From a virus, in the IMG/VR virus record IMGVR_UViG_3300025151_000016: DNA of 64,000 nucleotides; one strand, written 5' to 3'. A program made the position numbers and the translations under genes. Positions 9,964-18,632 of the stretch are shown here, one piece after another; positions within the stretch are counted from its first letter, which is position 1, and every line of letters begins with the position of its first letter. The notes beneath the pieces are model-generated. The model did not search any database, had not been told where the DNA came from, and saw only the letters and a list, made by a program, of their open reading frames with translations.

Positions 9964-10197
9964 TTACTCAATTGGTAAACTGTTTTGTCGAGGTAAAAAG
10001 TTTAATCGCATTGCCTCGGCTTCAATTTTATTTTTTATAATTGGTGAAATGAATCTCTTCACTTCTTCGAGTTCCACCTCATGCTTTTCGCAGAGGTGGA
10101 TGACTGCATCCATATAGGATGACTTATGGCTTTGGACGGTAGTTTCTATTTCCTTTGCGAAGTCGCTTTTGGTTAGAAAGGTTTTTTCTTGCTGCAT
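9964..10197 (-). CDS. 33: late promoter transcription coactivator gp33
   Basis: F...IE......SYMDAV..LCE...E.E.V..FISP..K.KIEAEA..LNFL; start trimmed to MQQEK. Confidence 0.88.
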   Translation of the reverse strand: MQQEKTFLTKSDFAKEIETTVQSHKSSYMDAVIHLCEKHEVELEEVKRFISPIIKNKIEAEAMRLNFLPRQNSLPIE

Positions 10198-10714
10198 AAT
10201 CCTCATTTTCCATTTCCTGAGTATATTCTTCTCCGATGTCTGGATAGAATACACCAACTGTTCTTTTAGGTGTACCATCTGAATGGTATGCCATTGCTAC
10301 ACTACGATAACGAATACGGTTCTGTTTTTCTTCGCCGTAACGAAAATCTCGATACACACCGTCACCTAAGTATCTTTGTAAGTTAAAGATATAAGCCTCA
10401 GTATCAAAATAAGCTTGGCGCTCATTCTTATCCTTACTGTCTTTGAAACCTTTCATAGACTTAAGAATATCTTTTTGATATTTTAGCCAGTCTTTTACTT
10501 TACTGGCATTTAGAGGATGATCAATTGGCAAGTCACGAATAGACTCGTCAATGGATAAGTTTTTAGCAGGACCACGTGCTTCACGAGCTTTTTTCATTCG
10601 CTCGACAAGAACAGCTTTCTGCTCATCGGTAAGCTTACGCTTCTTACGTTGCTTCTTTACTTCACCCATAACGGTGCCTTTAACATCTTCTCTAAATTTA
10701 TCACGCTTTGACAT
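10124..10714 (-). CDS. conserved basic hypothetical protein upstream of gp33
   Basis: 196-aa ORF with SD (AAGGAG) behind an early promoter; overlaps gp33 by 74 nt. Confidence 0.7.
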   Translation of the reverse strand: MSKRDKFREDVKGTVMGEVKKQRKKRKLTDEQKAVLVERMKKAREARGPAKNLSIDESIRDLPIDHPLNASKVKDWLKYQKDILKSMKGFKDSKDKNERQAYFDTEAYIFNLQRYLGDGVYRDFRYGEEKQNRIRYRSVAMAYHSDGTPKRTVGVFYPDIGEEYTQEMENEDYAARKNLSNQKRLRKGNRNYRPKP

Positions 10715-10742
10715 ATATGTAACTCCTTCAGTTTACTATTCT

Positions 10743-10802
10743 ATTCTACCACAGTCGTGAGAAAAAGTAAACCTTTTTGTTTCGTTTAGAAACAATCACT
10801 TA
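10743..10802 (-). promoter_or_regulatory. early sigma70-type promoter (TTTACT-17-TAGAAT, extended TGTGG) with upstream IHF-like site
   Basis: Matches T4 early consensus GTTTAC..GTGGTAnAAT. Confidence 0.8.
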
Positions 10803-10811
10803 CGTTTTTTT

Positions 10812-11024
10812 TCAATTATGAATTTCTTCGTCAAGAGGAATGAGTTCAATTTCACCGTCACGTCTTTGATAACGAACGAATCCACCTTCAACTAAATAGT
10901 CAATGGTATGCTTTATCGTATCGTCCTTATCACCTTCACCGTAGTATCTTCCAATCATGAAAGCACAACCAGCAGCAGCGGCTAATAAGATCCACAATAC
11001 AGTTTGTACTGAGATATAAAACAT
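10812..11024 (-). CDS. small membrane protein
   Basis: SD GGAGG; N-terminal TM helix. Confidence 0.65.
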   Translation of the reverse strand: MFYISVQTVLWILLAAAAGCAFMIGRYYGEGDKDDTIKHTIDYLVEGGFVRYQRRDGEIELIPLDEEIHN

Positions 11025-11053
11025 ACATTCCTCCTATAGCGTAGTACTATTTA

Positions 11054-11314
11054 TTATGTAAATGTACAATCAAATGAGATAACACTATCGACTCGAAAAG
11101 ATCGCCATTGCTCTGATGCTACATCAATTACACGAATGACATCATTGTTAAAGCTCTTGCTTTCTTTGTCGGTGTTTTCATCTTTGGATGTTGTAGGTAT
11201 CCACTCTTCATGCAGAGTGCACAGCATATCACGCTCTTCGCCATTTGCTTTTTTAAAGATTACACGGCATTTACGTTTCCGCAACTCAGTAATCATTTCT
11301 TCACGATTCATCAT
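11054..11314 (-). CDS. WYL-like/Sm-fold small protein
   Basis: V.F.K.NGE.R.M.CTL...D.....WRSFR.D pattern. Confidence 0.7.
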   Translation of the reverse strand: MMNREEMITELRKRKCRVIFKKANGEERDMLCTLHEEWIPTTSKDENTDKESKSFNNDVIRVIDVASEQWRSFRVDSVISFDCTFT

Positions 11315-11445
11315 TAGATGATCCTCCATTAGAACGTCTTTCATTATCTGCAATTATCCTTTCCAATAATTTTTCAGCACGACCTAAGCGATGATTGATC
11401 TTAGAGATCTTTTCGTTTAGATCATGCATTTTCATTTCTAATTGA

Positions 11446-11736
11446 TTAGTCCCAGTCATTATCAAACCTTGTAGTTTCATACATGACTTCGCCATAATAT
11501 TCTTTAGCGTACTTCGAAGCATCAGTCCATGCATACATGTTTTCACCTTCTTTAGGTATTTGCATGAAGTCACGCTTAGCTTTTTTAGCTTTCTTTTTTA
11601 CAACAGACGATTGAGCACGAACCTTAGCCATACGCTGTTTACGTGCTTCGTTTTGTTTTTTCGTTTCAGCGATTCTTTTGATTAGCGCCATACGATCGTC
11701 ATAATTAGTTGCAACAGTCATTATATTCTCCTTCAA
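11446..11736 (-). CDS. hypothetical protein
   Basis: ORF behind early promoter 11748-11776 with GGAG SD (true start probably MTVAT). Confidence 0.6.
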   Translation of the reverse strand: MKENIMTVATNYDDRMALIKRIAETKKQNEARKQRMAKVRAQSSVVKKKAKKAKRDFMQIPKEGENMYAWTDASKYAKEYYGEVMYETTRFDNDWD

Positions 11737-11747
11737 TTTCTATAACC

Positions 11748-11776
11748 TTTCTACCATAGTTAAAAACAAATGTACA
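11748..11776 (-). promoter_or_regulatory. early promoter (TGTACA-17-TAGAAA)
   Basis: Same architecture as the other copies. Confidence 0.6.
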
Positions 11777-11809
11777 CCATTATTTTTCATTTATATAATA
11801 CTGTATCAT

Positions 11810-12049
11810 TTATGTTACACCTCTCTTCTTATCTAAAACAAACGTTCCTTCGGATAAGTAAAAAGATTTCATAAGTTTAAAATATGTTTCTGGTTTGAAA
11901 GTTACTACATCAAACTGTTTCATCTTTTCATTCCACTGGCGAATATGGCAATAGTCATCGTATAGCAATGCTTGCACATCCTCGAGCTCACCAGTGTCAT
12001 CCATCACTGTGATGGTGGTTTCATCCATATCAAATTCTACGGTAATCAT
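11810..12049 (-). CDS. hypothetical protein
   Basis: ORF coupled to upstream gene (ATGA overlap). Confidence 0.65.
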   Translation of the reverse strand: MITVEFDMDETTITVMDDTGELEDVQALLYDDYCHIRQWNEKMKQFDVVTFKPETYFKLMKSFYLSEGTFVLDKKRGVT

Positions 12050-12276
12050 TCTTTTACATTCAGATTGTATGGATCGTACTGTTCTCCGTTATATTGAGAT
12101 CCAGTCTTATTCTTGCCAGTTTCAACACCGCTGTCGCAACCAACGACAACAATGCCTAGAAAAATTACGCTGTACATTACAACTCTTTTAGTCCACAGCA
12201 TAAATTGATCAAAGGTTTTCTCAGCTTCTACTTGCGCAGATTCTTTAGGTGTCTGATTCATTTGGTGTTCCTGCAT
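12046..12276 (-). CDS. aa3 cytochrome c oxidase subunit IV (CtaH)-like membrane protein
   Basis: AEKTFDQFMLWTK followed by one TM helix resembles the alphaproteobacterial (Q)EKTF.GF motif. Confidence 0.45.
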   Translation of the reverse strand: MQEHQMNQTPKESAQVEAEKTFDQFMLWTKRVVMYSVIFLGIVVVGCDSGVETGKNKTGSQYNGEQYDPYNLNVKE

Positions 12277-12472
12277 AATAGCAGTTCAATTGAATTTTAT
12301 AATATTCATTGTCTTCAAATTTAAGCCAATTTTCCGGAGCAATAAATTCACTGCATTCAGTTAATGTCATTGGTTCTTGATGGACGTATTGGTTACCAAT
12401 ATATGCCCATTCTCCTGTTGCGGTTTTACCCCACAATGTGATAACAAAGATCACCATATCTGTCATATTCAT
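12245..12472 (-). CDS. hypothetical protein (2 Cys, N-terminal hydrophobic segment)
   Basis: ORF track; coupled to neighbours. Confidence 0.55.
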   Translation of the reverse strand: MNMTDMVIFVITLWGKTATGEWAYIGNQYVHQEPMTLTECSEFIAPENWLKFEDNEYYKIQLNCYYAGTPNESDT

Positions 12473-12627
12473 TATTCAGCCTCCACCCATGGATAACATG
12501 GTACTAAGATTGCTTGTTTACAATACTTGGCATTGTCCACTAATAAAAGTGGAACACCAAATATCAAGAAAGCTACAATAAGAAATGCCCAACCAAGACC
12601 TCTTGTAGTACAATAGTTTTCACTCAT
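12472..12627 (-). CDS. small membrane protein (51 aa)
   Basis: Not in ORF track; MSENYCTTRGLGWAFLIVAF...; fills the gap with TAATG coupling. Confidence 0.55.
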   Translation of the reverse strand: MSENYCTTRGLGWAFLIVAFLIFGVPLLLVDNAKYCKQAILVPCYPWVEAE

Positions 12628-12843
12628 TTACCATTCCTTCCTATCGGTCTCATTATTATAACCATAAGTGTATTCTGTGATTTGGTCAGCAGACATGTCA
12701 GCTAACTCAACTCTTTTACCAATATAGGTACCTTCTGGCCAATAATGAGGATCGTAAGAACGACCATAGTAACGATCAGAGGAGCCCCTGTCCATAGGGC
12801 CCCCATGTTTAGCATCGAAAATCATATCATAGAAATCTGGCAT
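12628..12843 (-). CDS. hypothetical phage protein
   Basis: HGGP.DRG..D.YYGR...PHY motif; coupled to neighbours. Confidence 0.65.
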   Translation of the reverse strand: MPDFYDMIFDAKHGGPMDRGSSDRYYGRSYDPHYWPEGTYIGKRVELADMSADQITEYTYGYNNETDRKEW

Positions 12844-13226
12844 TACGAACCTCTAAAAAGCTTACGGATATTATTAATGTCTTCGAATCCAATATCCATT
12901 TTCCACAAAGCATGCTCAAAGTCCTGATCGCATTCAGGATCGCAACGCTCGTTTACAATAAGGAGACGAAGAGCTAGCTTCCAGTTACATTTAAGAGAAT
13001 TCATTTTTAAATGAATGTTGTGACGAAGAGTTGCAAGAGCTTCTGCTTCTTTTTCTTTTGCTACTTCGATACCTTCATCAAGTATATCGCAAAGCTCATC
13101 CCATAAAAGTTGCTTTTGAACTCGATTCATGCCGTTCCATTTTTCCATGAAACCTTGACGAGGACGAAAACCATAAGCATCTTTGTGCAAGTCAGAAATT
13201 AAATTATCGTCAAAACAAAAAGCCAT
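12843..13226 (-). CDS. hypothetical early protein
   Basis: SDLHKDAYGFRPR motif; AAGGAG SD behind early promoter. Confidence 0.7.
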   Translation of the reverse strand: MAFCFDDNLISDLHKDAYGFRPRQGFMEKWNGMNRVQKQLLWDELCDILDEGIEVAKEKEAEALATLRHNIHLKMNSLKCNWKLALRLLIVNERCDPECDQDFEHALWKMDIGFEDINNIRKLFRGS

Positions 13227-13255
13227 ATCATATCTCCTTCATAACTTCTGGTACT

Positions 13256-13315
13256 ATTCTACCACAAGTAAATTAGAATGTACACCTTTTTGTTTCATTT
13301 AAAATCAACTACTTA
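13256..13315 (-). promoter_or_regulatory. early promoter (TGTACA-17-TAGAAT) with consensus IHF site AATCAActacTTA
   Basis: Sequence motif. Confidence 0.8.
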
Positions 13316-13535
13316 CGTTTTTTTCTTCTGGCTCTTCTTCTTTAGCGTTCTTGAGTTCAACAATAATTTTATTTAATTCAATAACGTCTTGTTCAAGATG
13401 GCGTATCTTTTTCTTGAGATCAGTTGTGTTTTGCCACACCATTTTATCTACATGCTGGAGGTCGCTCCATACGGTGAAAACTACACCACCGATGAATAAA
13501 ACTCCAAGTGCAAGTAAGATAGCCAACACATCCAT
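13305..13535 (-). CDS. TM plus coiled-coil protein
   Basis: N-terminal TM helix and heptad repeats. Confidence 0.6.
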   Translation of the reverse strand: MDVLAILLALGVLFIGGVVFTVWSDLQHVDKMVWQNTTDLKKKIRHLEQDVIELNKIIVELKNAKEEEPEEKNVSS

Positions 13536-14098
13536 TATGCGGCTACCTCAAACCATTCAGGTACATCACGCTTTGACCATATCATATTAAAACGATCTTG
13601 CTTAGTTTGATAGTATTCTTGATAAGAACGAACAGGATCACCTTTATGTATACACTGTGGTTCATGAGTCATAGCAAGTGCAAAGTCTGTATACAGATTA
13701 GACCACTTAATATTGCTAGGAGGTTTAATTAATACATCACGCAACTTAGTATCTGTGCCATGAACTTTTCCGTAACGATATGTGTATTCATCGCACAATG
13801 CTACAAAGTGTTTGTAATGCCATTCGTAATTAGCATTTGTTTGCATAGTCCATACTGTACATGGATGACCATGATGCACGGCTTTGTAAAGTATGTCTTC
13901 CATTTCTGGATTAGGATGCACCCAATAATTAATCATACGTTTGCCAGATTTTGACGGACGTTTTTCCGTGTAACCATCAAGCATACGATGAGCAGTGGAT
14001 AACATTTGTGCAGACTCAACAATCATCTTGACAACATGCTTGTCGCATTGCAGTTGAGCTGCAGTTATTGGATCACGATCTAAGACAAAAATATTCAT
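13535..14098 (-). CDS. pyrimidine dimer DNA glycosylase/endonuclease V-like protein
   Basis: MNIF.LD.DP..AA...CDKHVVKM.VESAQMLSTAH; H..HPC..W; RYGK.H. Confidence 0.75.
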   Translation of the reverse strand: MNIFVLDRDPITAAQLQCDKHVVKMIVESAQMLSTAHRMLDGYTEKRPSKSGKRMINYWVHPNPEMEDILYKAVHHGHPCTVWTMQTNANYEWHYKHFVALCDEYTYRYGKVHGTDTKLRDVLIKPPSNIKWSNLYTDFALAMTHEPQCIHKGDPVRSYQEYYQTKQDRFNMIWSKRDVPEWFEVAA

Positions 14099-14319
14099 TT
14101 GTTTAGCTTCTTTCTCATTTTAAAATGCATATCACAGTATTTTTCTGTGTTGCTAATTGACCAATCAAACTTTTTTGAGATACTCTCTACAAAACTTTCG
14201 TAGTTCTTCCCGTTCCAGTTCGATATCAACTCCCACAGGATCGCGTCTATCTGTATCCAGTTCATATTTTTCTCGATCTTCGGCGTATTTCCTTTTGATG
14301 AACGCATGATAAGATTCAT
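14095..14319 (-). CDS. hypothetical protein
   Basis: ORF track. Confidence 0.5.
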   Translation of the reverse strand: MNLIMRSSKGNTPKIEKNMNWIQIDAILWELISNWNGKNYESFVESISKKFDWSISNTEKYCDMHFKMRKKLNK

Positions 14320-14333
14320 ACTCCCTTTCTTTC

Positions 14334-14486
14334 TTAACCATTGATTCGGTTCCTTACTCTATCTTCATATATTCTATAACAAAACACACTAATTGTAAAC
14401 CCCAAAATGTCAATATTTAGTAAAGTAACCGCAAAAAAATTAGCGAAGAATAAACACGCCACATAATCATACCATCTTAACTCCAT
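14334..14486 (-). CDS. small membrane protein
   Basis: MELRWYDY...; hydrophobic; start trimmed. Confidence 0.45.
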   Translation of the reverse strand: MELRWYDYVACLFFANFFAVTLLNIDILGFTISVFCYRIYEDRVRNRING

Positions 14487-14623
14487 ATCAACGCAGGCAA
14501 AACAAAAATCAATAAGAATACTGCAACAACATACAAAGCCCATTTCTCTGGACCATCAATCCAAGGTTGCTTTTTAGATTCTTCCCATCCTGTTTTTAAA
14601 GCCTCTTTCCAATTCTTCTTCAT
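14477..14623 (-). CDS. small membrane protein (48 aa)
   Basis: Not in ORF track; ATGA overlap with the lipase stop; C-terminal TM helix. Confidence 0.5.
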   Translation of the reverse strand: MKKNWKEALKTGWEESKKQPWIDGPEKWALYVVAVFLLIFVLPALIWS

Positions 14624-15420
14624 TTCGGTTGTGCTGTCTCCATATCATTATTCCATTTCTCTAGATTTGCAACATAGTTAACCATGCTGTGATCTGAAAA
14701 GTTATCTACTCCACCTTTTTTCAATCCCATCCACATACCACGCCAACGATCTTTAACTCGTTGCCATGAGGTAAGTTTACGTACATTACCATAAGCATTC
14801 ATATAATGTTCCGTTCCATCATGGCGATATCCCATAGAAGCAAACGGAACTCTTGTCACGATGTCATTGTTATTTACCCAACGATGATGTGTAACATTAA
14901 GATCTCTTACATATTTTTTCCATCCAGCTCTTGGTGATCCATAGGTATAAACCTCAACTGGATCTTGTAGATCCGGATCATGCATACAACGACCAGCCAT
15001 AATTGTTGTCATTGCAGCGCCAAGAGAATGACCAGTAAACCATAAGTGTCTATTACCAAGTTTTGGATTTGCAAGAATATCTTCCTTGACCATAGGCCAA
15101 AGATCGTCAACCTCCTGCTTGAATCCCTGATGCACTCTTGATACAGTCTCTGACTTGACAGGGAAAGCTTTTAAGTCTGCTTTCAAATCATTAAACTCTT
15201 TTGGTTCAGTGCCTCTGCAAACAATAACTACATCATCTTTATTCCAGATACGATAAGCCTGTGCTCCATCTCTATCATAATATTCTACTTCAGTAAATCC
15301 AAGAGGCTTGATTTGTTGTGCCACTTTTCTCTTATCATTATAAGCAATTTGACTCAACTTAGCAAAAAGCAAACTTTTTTGCTTTAAGCTCATTTTTTCT
15401 ATTGCAACTCTTGTTATCAT
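14620..15420 (-). CDS. class 3 lipase (alpha/beta hydrolase)
   Basis: CRGT lid; VHQGF; TGHSLGAA nucleophile elbow; TYGSPR; NNNDIVTRVP; terminal DH. Confidence 0.9.
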   Translation of the reverse strand: MITRVAIEKMSLKQKSLLFAKLSQIAYNDKRKVAQQIKPLGFTEVEYYDRDGAQAYRIWNKDDVVIVCRGTEPKEFNDLKADLKAFPVKSETVSRVHQGFKQEVDDLWPMVKEDILANPKLGNRHLWFTGHSLGAAMTTIMAGRCMHDPDLQDPVEVYTYGSPRAGWKKYVRDLNVTHHRWVNNNDIVTRVPFASMGYRHDGTEHYMNAYGNVRKLTSWQRVKDRWRGMWMGLKKGGVDNFSDHSMVNYVANLEKWNNDMETAQPK

Positions 15421-15423
15421 AGT

Positions 15424-15582
15424 TTATCCTGCTTTCCACAATGTCCAAGCGCCATAAACAATTGCAACACCAGCAGCAATCTTTGCCAACGGTGCCATGA
15501 ATAGTACAAGAAAGCCAAGCGCCATAAGTGCTACACCGTCAAGACTCGTTCTTTCTTTTAATCTATTTTTTAGCCAGTTCAT
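15424..15582 (-). CDS. small 2-TM membrane protein (holin-like)
   Basis: Not in ORF track; MNWLKNRLKERTSLDG followed by two hydrophobic helices. Confidence 0.6.
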   Translation of the reverse strand: MNWLKNRLKERTSLDGVALMALGFLVLFMAPLAKIAAGVAIVYGAWTLWKAG

Positions 15583-15850
15583 TTTCCAACTCCTTTAATC
15601 GTTGTTCTATGTTATCTATTTTCTTTGTCACTTTGGGGTATCTTTTTCTCCAAGCTTCAGGATCATCCTGTAACCAGTCCCAACCAAAGCGATCTACTAA
15701 ATAATCTAAGTACGCGTCAAACTTTGCCATAAGATATAGCGCAGCATGTGTATTTCTAAACCACGCTAGAAAAGCTGCACCTACAATGGAACCTGCAATA
15801 GCTGTATATATCCATAAAGTATCACCAAACATTCTTGCAAATAAATCCAT
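15563..15850 (-). CDS. membrane protein
   Basis: GGAG SD; N-terminal TM, C-terminal coiled coil. Confidence 0.65.
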   Translation of the reverse strand: MDLFARMFGDTLWIYTAIAGSIVGAAFLAWFRNTHAALYLMAKFDAYLDYLVDRFGWDWLQDDPEAWRKRYPKVTKKIDNIEQRLKELENELAKK

Positions 15851-15859
15851 CGTAGTCTC

Positions 15860-16072
15860 CTAGTATATTTTCTTAACAAAGTAATCAAAGGGAACAGATG
15901 TTCTAAACTCAACCTTGTGGCCTAAATCATCTATGCCTTTTAAATAATTATTGGTAATCTTTTTAATTTCTCTTAAACGAATTTCTCTAGAAGAACCCTC
16001 ATGATTTATTGTAACTACAAATAAGTCATTGAAAAGTCTGTATATGAATCCTCGTTCTTTATTCTTACTCAT
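15860..16072 (-). CDS. hypothetical protein
   Basis: First ORF after the late promoter at 16107. Confidence 0.55.
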   Translation of the reverse strand: MSKNKERGFIYRLFNDLFVVTINHEGSSREIRLREIKKITNNYLKGIDDLGHKVEFRTSVPFDYFVKKIY

Positions 16073-16106
16073 TTTAAATTCCCTTCAAGAGCTTTCCATA
16101 CATCAT

Positions 16107-16118
16107 TATTTATAAATA
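16107..16118. promoter_or_regulatory. palindromic bidirectional late promoter TATTTATAAATA
   Basis: Two overlapping TATAAATA, one per strand, between divergent genes. Confidence 0.75.
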
Positions 16119-16145
16119 TTCAATAAGGACATAAGGGAAATAAAA

Positions 16146-16517
16146 ATGGCTGCAGCGAAAACACTACAACCGGATTCAATCTTTGCTGAATTAGATACAG
16201 ATGGTGATGGAGTCATTACTGACGAAGAAATGGCTCGTGCAAAAGAGATTGCCGAGTATGAACACAAACGTAAGATGCAAGAAAATGAAGATAAGAAAGA
16301 AGATCAAATACGCGCTATGGCTTGGTTTGCTCTCTGGGGCATGCTTCTATATCCAATTACAATCATTATAACTTCTATGATGGGGAAAGATACAGCTGCG
16401 CAGTTAGTAAGTGACATTGCTCCGACTTACTTTGTCGCTATCGCTGGCTTAGTAGCAGCGTTCTTTGGTGCACAGGCTTACACTAAAGGTAAGGCAACAC
16501 CTGAAAAGAAAACTTAA
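16146..16517 (+). CDS. EF-hand-like plus 2-TM membrane protein (holin-like)
   Basis: DTDGDGVITDEE Ca-loop; two TM helices; basic C-terminal tail. Confidence 0.6.
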   Translation: MAAAKTLQPDSIFAELDTDGDGVITDEEMARAKEIAEYEHKRKMQENEDKKEDQIRAMAWFALWGMLLYPITIIITSMMGKDTAAQLVSDIAPTYFVAIAGLVAAFFGAQAYTKGKATPEKKT

Positions 16518-16753
16518 ACAGATATATCAAGATCTTTAGTTTTCCAATCTAAACAAGTGTAATTTATTATAGTCCAACCATTTGTTTCAGCTGCAATAAT
16601 TCCTTCACTTAACGATTCCAGGCATGCGTCCAAAGTCAGATATACATCTGGATTTGCTAAGTTTTTGCATGTGTCAAATTCTATACTACACGCCAGTACT
16701 ATTGCAGCCCACATATTATTTTCCTTTATATATTGTTTGTAGATGAGTTTCAA
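16514..16753 (-). CDS. hypothetical Cys-containing protein
   Basis: ORF track (true start probably MWAAIVL). Confidence 0.5.
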   Translation of the reverse strand: MKLIYKQYIKENNMWAAIVLACSIEFDTCKNLANPDVYLTLDACLESLSEGIIAAETNGWTIINYTCLDWKTKDLDISV

Positions 16754-16979
16754 ACTGCTCTACTTTTGCAAGTCTATTTGGCCAAAGAATATATTCTTTT
16801 TCAGGATTCTTTTTTAAATTGTTTAGCAGTGGCACAATAGCATTGTAAAGATTATCTAATCTTTCTTGCGTTGTAGTAGCAAGTTGTTCAGCATCACTGG
16901 CAAGTGCAGCTGTTTGCTGCACCGCCGAAAGTTCATCTTCATCGACTGCTGTAAAACCAAAGTCGAATAACTCAGACAT
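16716..16979 (-). CDS. conserved T4-like hypothetical protein
   Basis: FDFGFTAVDE.EL...PLL.NL.KNPEK.YI.WPNR. Confidence 0.75.
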   Translation of the reverse strand: MSELFDFGFTAVDEDELSAVQQTAALASDAEQLATTTQERLDNLYNAIVPLLNNLKKNPEKEYILWPNRLAKVEQFETHLQTIYKGK

Positions 16980-17121
16980 GTTGTTTCCTTTTTTGCGACT
17001 TTCTTCGGAGGTTTCGAAGTTTGGTATAAAGTCGTTCGGTCTTTCCTAGTAATATTTCTTTTCTTTCTCTACGTTTTAATCTTGCGGCTTTAGAGCGCGC
17101 CATACGTTCAGATCTAATCAT
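16972..17121 (-). CDS. small basic protein
   Basis: GGAGG SD just after the tRNA; R/K-rich. Confidence 0.55.
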   Translation of the reverse strand: MIRSERMARSKAARLKRRERKEILLGKTERLYTKLRNLRRKSQKRKQHV

Positions 17122-17143
17122 TACTTTACCTCCGTTTGTTAAT

Positions 17144-17220
17144 TGGTCTCGATGGCTGGATTTGAACCAACGACCTCTTGTACCCAAAACAAGCGCACTA
17201 CCAAACTGTGCTACACCGAG
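17144..17220 (-). tRNA. tRNA-Pro(TGG) with encoded CCA
   Basis: Acceptor CTCGGTG/CATCGAG-ACCA; D-loop AGTTTGGTA; anticodon arm CTTGT-TT TGG GT-ACAAG; T-loop TTCAAAT. Confidence 0.95.
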
Positions 17221-17229
17221 TTAAGTATT

Positions 17230-17258
17230 ATTCTATACTAAAGTTGGATAAATGTAAA
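17230..17258 (-). promoter_or_regulatory. early promoter driving tRNA-Pro (TTTACA-17-TAGAAT)
   Basis: Sequence motif. Confidence 0.75.
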
Positions 17259-17756
17259 CTACTTTTTTTCCTCCATTAGTTTTATCGCAGCGTTGTGCGC
17301 AGTGCGAGAGATGACACCTTCACGTAATAGCTTCTCTCTATTTGCCATATGCTTCATATGGATCTCTTCTTTGTTTCCACCAAAATATGCTACAGCATGA
17401 CCTTCTTCAATAAGTACATCAGTAAGCTTTTCTTTCTTACCTTCTTGTCGTTCAATCCAAAAGTCTCCAAGAACACGACCAAACTTGCCTTTCATATCTT
17501 CACCATGTCTATCTTCAGTGGTGATAAGTCTTATGCTTCCAGTCATGAGTTCTATTACTCTTGCCTTAGCAGCTTCTCCAAATAAATCTTCGACTTTGTC
17601 AGAAGTACGTGATTCAGGTGTATCAATACCTATGATACGTACACGTTCATCTCTTAACATGATACCAAAACCAAGATTGATGTCTACGTCTACTGTATCG
17701 CCATCAATAACTTTTAGTACTTCTACGTCGTATTCGTTGTGATTAGTCATTTTCAT
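17259..17756 (-). CDS. thermonuclease (SNase) family
   Basis: VIDGDTVD; RVRIIGIDTPE; GKFGRVLG; EGHAVAY. Confidence 0.9.
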   Translation of the reverse strand: MKMTNHNEYDVEVLKVIDGDTVDVDINLGFGIMLRDERVRIIGIDTPESRTSDKVEDLFGEAAKARVIELMTGSIRLITTEDRHGEDMKGKFGRVLGDFWIERQEGKKEKLTDVLIEEGHAVAYFGGNKEEIHMKHMANREKLLREGVISRTAHNAAIKLMEEKK

Positions 17757-17789
17757 ACCCTTATTAGTTTATAAGAGTATTTATTATGC

Positions 17790-18029
17790 CTATGAAAAAT
17801 CTTTATGATCTAGTGAAAAGTATTTATCGATCATTTCTAATCGTTCATGCGCAGCACCCATAGTAGATAATTCTTTTTGTATTGCTTCTACAATATCACT
17901 ATGTTCACCGATTCCTGCTGAATTATTCATATAAACCATAATGTTAGTTTTAGCTCGTTCCAACTCGCCCTCGGCATGCATTCGAGCTGCTTTAATTAAT
18001 TGTGCTGATAGACTCATTTGTTTCTCCAC
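17790..18029 (-). CDS. conserved phage hypothetical protein
   Basis: N..VY..N..GIGEH.DI.EAI..EL motif. Confidence 0.7.
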   Translation of the reverse strand: MEKQMSLSAQLIKAARMHAEGELERAKTNIMVYMNNSAGIGEHSDIVEAIQKELSTMGAAHERLEMIDKYFSLDHKDFS

Positions 18030-18632
18030 TTATAAAGGTTTCAATTTTACATTCTCGTCGTAGATGCCATAACACCATCCGTCTTTTTTCATTGAACTGA
18101 AACCAACTCTTTTTGCAAAAGCTTCTCTATTCTTTGCGCCATCTTTCCAAGATGTAAGACTAGGACCAGCATCTACCTTTGATCCTTTTGGTTCACATGT
18201 CAATACGTAATTAGACTTAGGTATATATCCAAACATTCCATTATGAATGTTATCATAGCAAGCACGATTAAATTGAATCATTAGCTTTGCTCGTTCACGT
18301 TTATCTAGTTGTGATGGATGTGTTTGATACTTTACTTCCCATCCGACTTCTGCCATGACGGTATCGTTTTCATAATCAATGTTTTCTGCAAAGCCTTTTA
18401 TCAAGCTATCTTTTGGTGAGGCACCAGCATCGATATATCGATAGTATAAGTAGCTTGCTTTGTTTTGATAAGGGACAATATATGTAATGAACCAGAAAGG
18501 ATGTGGTCCTACATGTGTTGCTCGCTTTTCAATATGCTTATCTGCAAGAATTAATGGTGTCTTGATTTTATAACCAAGACGCTCCATTGTGTTTTCAAAC
18601 ATCAAACGTTTGAGAGCATCAGTTGCTTTCAT
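18030..18632 (-). CDS. hypothetical protein
   Basis: 200-aa ORF in operon. Confidence 0.6.
   Translation of the reverse strand: MKATDALKRLMFENTMERLGYKIKTPLILADKHIEKRATHVGPHPFWFITYIVPYQNKASYLYYRYIDAGASPKDSLIKGFAENIDYENDTVMAEVGWEVKYQTHPSQLDKRERAKLMIQFNRACYDNIHNGMFGYIPKSNYVLTCEPKGSKVDAGPSLTSWKDGAKNREAFAKRVGFSSMKKDGWCYGIYDENVKLKPL

Noticed and set aside
17122-17187. N-terminal extension of ORF 16972-17187
   Set aside because: Overlaps tRNA-Pro; the GGAGG SD supports the start at 17121.
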